From Cyanophora paradoxa CCMP329 (Eukaryota; Plantae; Glaucophyta), in assembly GCA_004431415.1 (NCBI GenBank), contig QPMI01000547.1, positions 1 to 52,425 on the forward strand: 52,425 nt of DNA, read 5' to 3'. Positions 36,467 through 47,183 of this stretch are shown here, piece by piece. Numbering within the stretch: the stretch's first letter is position 1; each line of letters starts with the position of its first letter. The notes beneath the pieces were generated by a model. The model worked only from the letters and a program-made list of their open reading frames with translations, was not told where the DNA came from and made no database searches. Position numbers and translations under genes: made by a program.

Positions 36467-38900
36467 ATGCGGGCCCATCTTCTTCCTCGGTCGGGGGCGG
36501 GGATGCCCGCGGCAGCCCTCGGGGCGCTCCTCCTCCTGCTCGGCCTCGCCGCGCGCATGTCCGGCCACGTCGCCCTCGCCGACTCCTTCACTGTCACGTG
36601 CGCAAGCGCCTGCCGCCTGCGCGGTCACATATACTGCGAAAGGCTACATGCACACGCGGCGCGTATAACCGGTTGAAGCGGATGCGTCGAGTTCGTCGAG
36701 AGAGTCAGAATGCATATGCAAATGGCTTAGATCCAGGTCTGATTCCTTGATGCGCAGCCTCTACAGGCACGAAGGTAATGCGAGCAACTGCGACGCGGCC
36801 AAGGCGGTCACTCCGGCCGACGCATCTTCGCTTGGGCTCTCCACGGGGGTGAGCTCCATGGCCAGCGTCTCAAAATTCACTTGCCCCTCATGCGGATATC
36901 CGATGATCGAATTCGAGCGCAGCCCTATACCGTCGACGTTACGGCACTCTCGTGCTACAAGCTCACAGACTCGGCTCACGCGAAGTCAATCCTGGTGCGT
37001 TTCGGAGCCTTCAGATTCGAATTCGGCTTGATTATATATATGCGAGCTCTCCATGCAATGATAATTTATGCACTCAAGCTTCAAATTCCACAAAACAGAT
37101 CAAAGACGCCAGCGGGGCCAAAGTGAACCAGAAGACTTATGACACCGTCACGAAACTTTTCTTCGGTGAATACGGGGAGGATTCAGGGGTCGGCGCGAAG
37201 GCGATCAAGGCGCGCTTCTGCTATTCTTCTGTGCCCGTGCACGTGTTTACGCCACTGAGCCACACATTGCTTTGCATTATTGTTGCAGGGCTTTTGCTAT
37301 GGAGACCAGCTGTTCGCCGTCGGATATTACGGCGACTTCGGAGAAGGGAAAGAGTGCTCGTCTGTCAGCTCGGTGCTCACCGTAGGGGTTCTTTCAGGCG
37401 ACGAAGACCCGCTCTTAAGGTGCGGAGACTGCAGTTATAAACTTTTGATAAAGAGAGCCGTAGCTGCCCTCTGCTCAGATACGGGGCTCCTCCCATTGTG
37501 AGCGCCTGAACAAGGCCGAGCTGTACGGTGGACAGGCGCTGAGTTACAAGCTGGCGTGCACAACCGCCACTCTGAAGACGTCCCCGGGGGCTTCCGGATC
37601 CGTCGAGTACACGTGCGAATAATTTAAATGATTCGCAGTTGGTATACGTAGGTCTGAAGCTTTTTATCTGCTTCTGTACATGTGCAGAGTGACTCGAAGA
37701 AAGAGCGGGGAGACCGGGAGCGGTTGTTCCGACACTTCAATTGTCATGCCGCCTGAAGACGCAAGCAAGTTTGGCGTCCCTCTCTCTGTGCGCCCCATGT
37801 ACAGCTTTAGGAAACTTGCACTAACGCAAACATTGTTTTTAGCCGTGGTATCTTCCGTTTACCTCGGACACTTGTGTCAAGCAGCCGCGACCTCGGCAAA
37901 AGCGGTACGCGCATTTTTTTCGTGATCAAAATTAAATCACTTCAACGTCATCTGTAAACTTGCAATTGCGCTCGCCCAGGTCCGGACTCGACTGGCGCCG
38001 TGCACGATCTGACAACTGTCCTCTTCCCTACCATAAGGCCCGAGTCGGAGGTCCCGGATTCTTATCAAAAGGTGCAATGCGGCGCCGGCGCATTATTAAT
38101 GTCCTGTGTCGCTCTAGATCTAGATCTAGATTTGTTTAATTTCGAATTCCTTGTTCGCGCAGAGTTTCTGCGCCGGCGATGCCTACATCACTATGACTTT
38201 CACAGACGCGGCCTGCACTGATATTTCACGTGGACCTGCTCCGTATGGTAGAGCCGCACCCTGGCCGATGGCTGGCATGTGAGTCGAATCGTCGCAATCG
38301 CAACGTTTCATCGATATACCGTATGTATAATTCGATTTTGTGCTTAGGTCGGGCGGCCCGGGCGACTGTCGTCCCCTAGGGTTCAGGGCCAAAGAATTCA
38401 CGGATGCAACCGACGGGAAGAGCGTGGCGCTGCACGGCAAGGCCGTCTGCAAGATCGTGGGCGCCGGCCCGGGTCCGCGGCCGGGCCCTCGGGCTCCTCG
38501 AACTCGACCGAGAGCTCCTCGAGCTCCGGCCTCTCCGACTCCGCCAAGCTCGGCATCGGCCTGGGCGTCGGCCTGGGCGGGTGCGCCCTGGGCCCGCCCT
38601 CTAATATACATGAACGCGCTTGCACGAAATATGAAGATCTAAATTTCATCTCGAGCCTGTCGCGCATCCTTTAATTTGGCGGGACGCAGGGGCGCTCTCC
38701 TCATCCTCGCCGGCGTCGGGGCCTACTGCCTGGCCAAAAAGAAGCGCGAGCCGCGCCTCAGCTCCAAGCCCCACGGCGGCTCCGCCGTCCCCCGCCCACT
38801 TCCCCACCCTGTAGGCCTAGCTTCAGATCCCGCCGCGGCAAGCTTAAGGTACCGGTGCTATAGCCGTATACGTGCAGTATACGTAGGTGCCACGCCCTGA
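36467..38900 (+). CDS. Multi-exon type I single-pass membrane / cell-surface protein of unknown family
   Basis: Signal-peptide-like MPAAALGALLLLLGLAA; Cys-containing exons bounded by GT-AG; Ser-rich stalk SGSSNSTESSSSSGLSDSAK; TM segment LGIGLGVGLG|GALLILAGVGAYCLA then KKKR stop-transfer. Exact exon set and ends are approximate. Confidence 0.7.
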
Positions 38901-39284
38901 CCCTGCCAACGCTAGCTAAGGTTGGAAATTAAAAGCAGATGCTAGAGCAGCCTATCGCTATAAATATTGTTCGAATTCGATCCGATGATCAGCGAGGAGC
39001 AGCTCCTCGGCCCCCATTGACTCAGTGATATCGGTCACGCATATGCATATAAACGTTGATGTGTGCAATGTTTCATCGATGGACAGATCTAGAATTGTCA
39101 TCTATGGGTTCTCACTAAGCCGCTGAGCAAGAATTACACTGTGACACGACTATACACTGAGAAGATTTAGACTCCGAGTAAGAAAGAAAGATAAACAAGA
39201 ATAAATTACGCATACGCATCCAAATACAACAATGAACGATGCCGAGCGGTGCCACGACAGCTGCGGATCTATTCTATAGTACAA

Positions 39285-41759
39285 TTAATTAGAAGCCTCC
39301 CGCGCGGACAGACCGGCGCGGGCAGCGGCGCACGCCGCGTGCGCGTGCCACGGGCGCGCGCACGCGTGCACGCGCGGCTGGCCATGGCCTGCGTTCGGGC
39401 CGGCCCGCGGGGCGCGAAGGGCGGGCGGCGGGGTTGAGGGGCCGGCGCGCTGCGGCGCTGGCGCGGCGGCGTGCTGCCGCAGGGCCGCTGCAATCGCCTC
39501 TGAAGAGAAGGGCACCTGCGGGGCGGAGTCAGGCGGGCCAGAAAGGGGTACGGCGGGATTCAGGGGGCGCGCCTTGAGCTTCTTGGGGCGCGGGGAGCGC
39601 GGGGCGCGGGGGCCGGCGGGCGGCGGCGGCGGCGGCGGCGTCGGCTTGGGCGGCGGCGGCCCTCGCTTCGAGCCCGAAGGCCTCGCAGAGGCCGGCGAGC
39701 GCCCCGGCCGCGAGCGCCCCGGCGGCCTCCGCCGGCGTCGGGAAGACCAGCAGCGCCCTGCGAACGAAGGGCGAGGCGAGGGTGAGGGGCGCACAGCTCC
39801 GAGGGGTCCGAGGGGAGGCCGGGGGCACCTCGAGGACTCGAGGACGAAGCGGCGGATGCCGGGCGGGGCAGCTGCGCCAGCGCCGCGCCAGCGCCGCCGC
39901 CTCCACGCCGCCGCCGCCGCCGGCCCCGGCCCGGCCCCGGCCCCGGCCCGCGCCTCGAGAAGCACGCCGCACGCGCCCGCCTCGCCACCGCCTCCTGCCG
40001 CGCCGCGCGCCCCGTCAGCTCGGCCCCGCCGCTCGGCCAGCGCCCCGCGCGCGCCGAGGAAGGAGCGCACTTCGAAGTCGCAGGGCCCGGCGCGCTGCTC
40101 CGCGCGGCGGGCGCCGCGGCGCCGGCGGCTCCGCGGCCGCCTCCGCGGCGGCCTCCTCCCGCCGGGGCCGGGGGCGTGCCCGGCGGCCCCGGGGCTGCTT
40201 GGCGGGGTACAGGGCGGAGAGGGGCACGCCGGCGGCGACGCAGGCCGCCTCCACGTCGCCCCGCGCCTCGGCCCCCGCCTCCAGCGCCTGGTGGGCGGGC
40301 GGGTGGCGGTTCTCGTCAGCGCGGGGGGCGGGCGGCTCGGTCGGGCCGGCGCGCACGCACCGCGCGTGCAAGCTCGAGGAGACGCCTGCGGCAGGCGGCG
40401 GCCTCGGCGGCCGCCGCGGGCACGCTCGAGAGCGGCGCGAGGCCGGCGACGGCCGCCGCGAGGGCCGCGGTCGGCCCCGGCCCGCGCCTCCCGCCCGCGG
40501 GAGAGCAGCGGCTCCAGCGCTCCCGCGAGCGCCTGCGCGAGATCCGTCTCGGCCGAGGGCGAGGCGGGGCACGGGCGCCGTGGCGCGCGCACCCGCTCCG
40601 CCTCTGCCGTGTCGAGCTCCGCGTCGGCGCCGGCGGCGCGGGCGGCGGCGAGGGCGGCCCAGAGGCTGGCGGGGCAGGCGGCGGCGCGCGCCTCGCGCAG
40701 GGCGGCCGCGAGGGCGCAGCGCGCGCGCAGCCGCGCCAGGCGGGCGGGGTCCGGTCCGGCAGGAGCTCCCCCGAAAGCCCCTCGAGCCGGGCGCCGTCCC
40801 CGGCCGCGCCGCCGCCTCCGCCTCCGCCCACGCCCGGGCCTGGCGTGGCCCGGTCAAGCGAGCGCGGGAGGGGGAGGGAAGGGGCCGCGCGCACCGCTTC
40901 GGCGGCCCGCGCTCGCTCCGCGGCGGCCGCCTCGAGCTCAGCTTCTTTGGCCCCCGCCTCCCGCGCCCCGCGCAGCGCCGCCTGAAGCCAAGGGCGCGTT
41001 TGAGAGGACTCGCGAGTGGCGGGGCGGGGCAGGCGGCGCCGGACCTCGAAGCGACGGTCGGCGCCGGGTCGAGAGGCGCCTGGCTCGCGGCCTCGCGACC
41101 GCGCGCAGCGCGGCCTGCAGAGGGGTCGGAGGTGAGGCGAGCGGGCGGCGAGGGGTACGGGGCGGGACCTGGAGCCGCCGGAGGGAGGCGAGGGCGGCCG
41201 GGGCGTCCCCCACGGGGCCCCCGCCTGCGCTCCCCGAAGTCAGCCGCGCGCAGGGCGCGGCCCGGCCCGGCCCGGCGCGGGCGGGGGCGGGCCTGGCGGG
41301 CGGCGGCGAGGGCCGGCTCGACTCGGTCCGGGTCCCCGCTCGCCAGCGCGGCCCGCAGCGCGCGCTCCGCGAGTCCTGCCGGCGCGAGGCTCTGCGGCCG
41401 CGCAGCAACGGGACGGAGCCGCGCGCACCGCCGGCGCTGCGCAAGGGCCCGCTTTCGCTCCTCCCGCTGCTGCTCGGACGCCTCGCGCGCCTGGGCCTGC
41501 CCTCCCCTCGGTCACGTGGGGAGCGGTGGCTGGACGGCGAGGGCGTACCCGGCAGGTCTCGCAGGCCCGGGCGCCTCGGGCACGTGCCGGAGGGTCCCGG
41601 CAGCGGCCCGCACTCCGCGCCGGCGCCGCCGGCTCCACGTCGACGGCCTGTCCGAGGCAAGGCGGGGCGGCACGAGTCAGCCGCTGCGTCTTACACGGGC
41701 CGCTGGGCGCCGGGCGGGCGCACGCGGGGGCCCCAGAGGCGGGCGAGGTCGTCCGCCAG
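39285..41759 (-). pseudogene. 5'-truncated duplicate of the GC-rich host gene at ~47184-50632
   Basis: Matches 47184-49680 and is cut at the duplication junction within the ...AALADDLARLW exon. Confidence 0.55.
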
Positions 41760-42690
41760 CGCACTCGGCAAGACCTAGCTGAGCTTGAGCGCCTGTGCTG
41801 TTATCTACACGAGCATGAGCTGACATCATAGGTACTCTGACAATCCGTGCACCAGATCGAGCAATCAACACAACTTTGAAATATGTCGCCTCGCTGTTCT
41901 CCATTCGTTTCCACGAACAAGTCCCGCAGCGCTTGCAAGGCTTGAGGTGGGGGCAAGTTGATGAGAACGCCCTCTACGTAGTGCAGCATGGGGTCCAAAG
42001 CTGCACAACATATGAGAGATGCAGCAGTTAGGCCTCCGGCTCGTGCACCAACATCGTGGCGGCGGTGTACACTGGGTCCGGGGCCGGGGAGGGGCAGGGC
42101 CGGGGGGAGGGCAGGGCCGGGGGAGGGCAGGGCCGGGGGAGGGGCGGGGTCGGGGGAGATGGAGGGGCGGGGCCCGGGGATGGGCGGGTCGGGGAGGGGC
42201 GGGGCGGGGAGGGCGGGTCGGGGGAGATGGAGGGCGGGGCCGGGGATGGGCGGGTCGGGGGAGGGCGGGGCCGGGGGAGGGGCGGGCAGTACCCCTCTCC
42301 CCGCGTCGCACCGGCCCCGCCGCGCCGGTCAGCGTGGGGACAAGCTCAAGGCTGGAGCGAGCGCCGCCGCTTGCCGTGCTGCCCCGAGGCCGCCCCCGAG
42401 GCCACCACCCGCCGTGCGGCCCGCCAGAAGGGGATTGGGAGATGAGCTGGAGGTCCACTCATCTCTTCCTCCCCAAAGAGAGTGCTCCTGGGTCGACATG
42501 CTGCGGAGTCGGGCATAAGACACCGAAAAGCAGCGATCGCTTGGCCAATGAGAAGGCGGTGGACGTCAAGCCCGCGGCGACCGTTAGAACTGAGACCCAG
42601 AAGCGATCGCCGGCCCAGCAGCTCTTTGTTAGAGGTCGGACTCGCTGGTATGGCGCCGAACACAAAGCGATCGCCGAGCAATGAGAAGGC
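41760..42690 (+). mobile_element. Solo right end of form X (ORF3 5' part plus right TIR) created by the duplication
   Basis: Matches 33518-34455 with multiple 1-2 bp deletions. Confidence 0.85.
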
Positions 42691-42990
42691 TATGCGCGGG
42701 GCAGATCTAGCGATCCAATTGAATAGGGAATCTCTATGCGAGCAAGCTCGCAGCGCTACGGGAGGCGGGCACGCACTGCAGGCGTTGGCGTTGGCTGGTG
42801 CGACGAACTTGAAGCAGCTCCTGTGCAAGCGATCGCCGGTCTATGCGCGGGCAGATCTAGCGATCCAATTGAATAGGGAATCTCTATGCGAGCAAGCTCG
42901 CAGCGCTACGGGAGGCGGGCACGCACTGCAGGCGTTGGCGTGGCTGGTGCGACGAACTTGAAGCAGCTCCTGTGCAAGCGATCGCCGGTC
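42691..42990. repeat. Two copies of spacer R
   Basis: As above with small deletions; followed directly by TTCAT, without AGA. Confidence 0.9.
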
Positions 42991-44379
42991 TTCATTTGGG
43001 GCTAGCACATGTACATGTACAGGACAATCAAGTGGCTCGAATTCAGTGATTCATGACTATTTCGCCACCAAGTCGATTTTTTTATTTGGACCGGCCGGGT
43101 CGCGCGCCAATGGCAAGCCGCCGGCCCGCGCCGGGCCGGCGCCGGCCTGGCGCCAAGCCGTTGAAGCCGTCGGGGCTCCGGCCCGCGGCCGCGGCCCCGG
43201 CCCCGGGGCGATCGCTATCCGCGGCCGGCGCCGCTAGTACTAGTGGCCGCGCGCCGCGGCGCGGCCGCATGGCATGAAAAAATTTGCTCGGATCATCGGA
43301 TAGGTCCGGCCGCGGCCAGCTGCAGGCAGGGAGGGGGTTAACGTTGCCCTCCTCCCCGGCCCACGCGCTGGCGCGGCCGCATGGCATGTTAGCCGGCGCA
43401 TGTTACATTGCGCAGGCAAGATTAAGCAAGACCACAAGACTAATTATAAGCAAGACTAAGCCGGGCCGGCATGCGCAGCCGGCGAGGGCCGCATGCGCAG
43501 CTGCGCATGCAGGGGCGGCCGGCCGCGGGCTACTAGTACGTATACTAGTACTACGTATACCTAGCTATAGCCTGGCAGGGCTACCGGTAGTGCCTAGCTA
43601 TAACAAAGTACCGGTATACGTATAGCCTGGCCGCGCGCGCGGCAGATGTAAGCTATTGCTTAATCAAGCGCTAGCCCGGCGGCCGGGCGGCGGGCGCCAA
43701 GCCATTCATGTCACTTGACATTTCAAGCTAGGGCTCGTGCTGAAAAACAAGTTTTTTCGATTCATGAATTTGTAACGCTCGCGATTATCAAATCAATCCG
43801 AGTCAATCGCACTGCCGCAGTAGTACGCGCAGCCTCAGCCGGCAGGCGCCGCAGCACGGCTGCAGGCTGCAGCCTGCAGGGCCAGTGTGCAGGCACTGCC
43901 GCAGTGCAGGGCCTGCAGCTGCAGCTGCAGGCTGCAGCGGCAGTACATTACTGTACATGCAGCCTGCAGCCTGCATGCGCAATGCGCATATGATGTACAT
44001 AACTCTGCGGCGTACGCGTGAGGCTCAGCTTGGCAGTGCAATGCTCTGCAAGTTTGCACCAGGCTCAACGGCTCGGGCCGCTCGCCGAGTCGGCTCAGAA
44101 ATTTTGTTTCGCATTGCAGGAGTCGGCGCAGCTTAGCGGCAGCCCCTAGTACGTACTAGTACTTGTAGCTGCATCCGCGCAGGGGCCGATCGCGACCTTC
44201 GGCAAGTCGACGGCAACTTAAGTTTCGGATTCGCACCGGCGCAGCGACAACGGACATTCGAGCTTCGGAAGTGCGCTCCGCGATCCGCAGATCCGGTGCC
44301 CCGCATCCCCTCCGCAAGGCTTGCGAGTCGAACGCGCGAAGCAGCAGCTTGCGGTTGCAGCCTGAGCTTGGAACTAAGC

Positions 44380-46798
44380 ATGCGGCCCATCTTCTTCCTC
44401 GATCGGGGGCGGGATGCCCGCGGCAGCCCTCGGGGCGCTCCTCCTCCTGCTCGGCCTCGCCGCGCGCATGTCCGGCACGTCGCCCTCGCCGACTCCTTCA
44501 CTGTCACGTGCGCAAGCGCCTGCCGCCTGCGCGGTCACATATACGCGAAAGGCTACATGCACACGCGGCGCGTATAACCGGTTGAAGCGGATGCGTCGAG
44601 TTCGTCGAGAGAGTCAGAATGCATATGCAAATGGCTTAGATCCAGGTCTGATTCCTTGATGCGCAGCCTCTACAGGCACGAAGGTAATGCGAGCAACTGC
44701 GACGCGGCCAAGGCGGTCACTCCGCCGACGCATCTTCGCTTGGGCTCTCCACGGGGTGAGCTCCATGGCCAGCGTCTCAAAAATTCACTTGCCCTCATTG
44801 CGGATATCCGATGATCGAATTCGAGCGCAGCCCTATACCGTCGACGTTACGGCACTCTCGTGCTACAAGCTCACAGACTCGGCTCACGCGAAGTCAATCC
44901 TGGTGCGTTTCGGAGCCTTCAGATTCGAATTCGGCTTGATTATATATATGCGAGCTCTCCATGCAATGATAATTTATGCACTCAAGCTTCAAATCCACAA
45001 AACAGATCAAAGACGCCAGCGGGCCAAAGTGAACCAGAAGACTTATGACACCGTCACGAAACTTTTCTTCGGTGAATACGGGAGGATTCAGGGGTCGGCG
45101 CGAAGGCGATCAAGGCGCGCTTCTGCTATTCTTCTGTGCCCGGCACGTGTTTACGCCACTGAGCCACACATTGCTTTGCATTATTGTTGCAGGGCTTTTG
45201 CTATGGAGACCAGCTGTTCGCCGTCGATATTACGCGACTTCGGAGAAGGGAAAGAGTGCTCGTCTGTCAGCTCGGTGCTCACCGTAGGGTTCTTTCAGGC
45301 GACGAAGACCCGCTCTTAAGGTGCGGAGACTGCAGTTATAACTTTTGATAAAGAGAGCCGTAGCTGCCCTCTGCTCAGATACGGGGGCTCCTCCCATTGT
45401 GAGCGCCTGAACAAGGCCGACTGTACGGTGGACAGGCGCTGAGTTACAACTGGCGTGCACAACCGCCACTCTGAAGACGTCCCCGGGCTTCCGGATCCGT
45501 CGAGTACACGTGCGAATAATTTAAATGATTCGCAGTTGGTATACGTAGGTCTGAAGCTTTTTATCTGCTTCTGTACATGTGCAGAGTGACTCGAAGAAAG
45601 AGCGGGGAGACCGGGAGCGGTTGTTCCGACACTTCAATTGTCATGCCGCCTGAAGACGCAAGCAAGTTTGGCGTCCCTCTCTCTGTGCGCCCCATGTACA
45701 GCTTTAGGAAACTTGCACTAACGCAAACATTGTTTTTAGCCGTGGTATCTTCCGTTTACCTCGGACACTTGTGTCAAGCAGCCGCGGACCTCGGCAAAAG
45801 CGGTACGCGCATTTTTTTCGTGATCAAAATTAAATCACTTCAACGTCATCTGTAAACTTGCAATTGCGCTCGCCCAGGTCCGGGACTCGACTGGCGCCGT
45901 GCACGATCTGACAACTGTCCTCTTCCCTACCATAAGGCCCGAGTCGGAGGTCCCGGATTCTTATCAAAAGGTGCAATGCGGCGCCGGCGCATTATTAATG
46001 TCCTGTGTCGCTCTAGATCTAGATCTAGATTTGTTTAATTTCGAATTCCTTGTTCGCGCAGAGTTTCTGCGCCGGCGATGCCTACATCACTATGACTTTC
46101 ACAGACGCGGCCTGCACTGATATTTCACGTGGACCTGCTCCGTATGGTAGAGCCGCACCCTGGCCGATGGCTGGCATGTGAGTCGAATCGTCGCAATCGC
46201 AACGTTTCATCGATATACCGTATGTATAATTCGATTTTGTGCTTAGGTCGGGCGGCCCGGGCGACTGTCGTCCCCTAGGGTTCAGGGCCAAAGAATTCAC
46301 GGATGCAACCGACGGGAAGAGCGTGGCGCTGCACGGCAAGGCCGTCTGCAAGATCGTGGGCGCCGGCCCCGGGTCCGCGGCCGGGCCCTCGGGCTCCTCG
46401 AACTCGACCGAGAGCTCCTCGAGCTCCGGCCTCTCCGACTCCGCCAAGCTCGGCATCGGCCTGGGCGTCGGCCTGGGCGGGTGCGCCCTGGGCCCGCCCT
46501 CTAATATACATGAACGCGCTTGCACGAAATATGAAGATCTAAATTTCATCTCGAGCCTGTCGCGCATCCTTTAATTTGGCGGGACGCAGGGGCGCTCTCC
46601 TCATCCTCGCCGGCGTCGGGGCCTACTGCCTGGCCAAAGAAGCGCGAGCCGCGCCTCAGCTCCAAGCCAACGGCGGCTCCGCCGTCCCCCGCCCACTTCC
46701 CCCACCCTGTAGGCCTAGCTTCAGATCCCGCCGCGGCAAGCTTAAGGTACCGGTGCTATAGCCGTATACGTGCAGTATACGTAGGTGCCACGCCCTGA
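44380..46798 (+). CDS. Duplicate of the type I membrane protein gene (many 1-bp indels, possibly errors)
   Basis: Near-identical to 36467-38900. Confidence 0.62.
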
Positions 46799-47183
46799 CC
46801 CTGCCAACGCTAGCTAAGGTTGGAAATTAAAAGCAGATGCTAGAGCAGCCTATCGCTATAAATATTGTTCGAATTCGATCCGATGATCAGCGAGGAGCAG
46901 CTCCTCGGCCCCATTGACTCAGTGATATCGGTCACGCATATGCATATAAACGTTGATGTGTGCAATGTTTCATCGATGGACAGATCTAGAATTGTCATCT
47001 ATGGGTTCTCACTAAGCCGCTGAGCAAGAATTACACTGTGACACGACTATACACTGAGAAGATTTAGACTCCCGAGTAAGAAAGAAAGATAAACAAGAAT
47101 AAATTACGCATACGCATCCAAATACAACAATGAACGATGCCGAGCGGTGCCACGACCAGCTGCGGATCTATTCTATAGTACAA

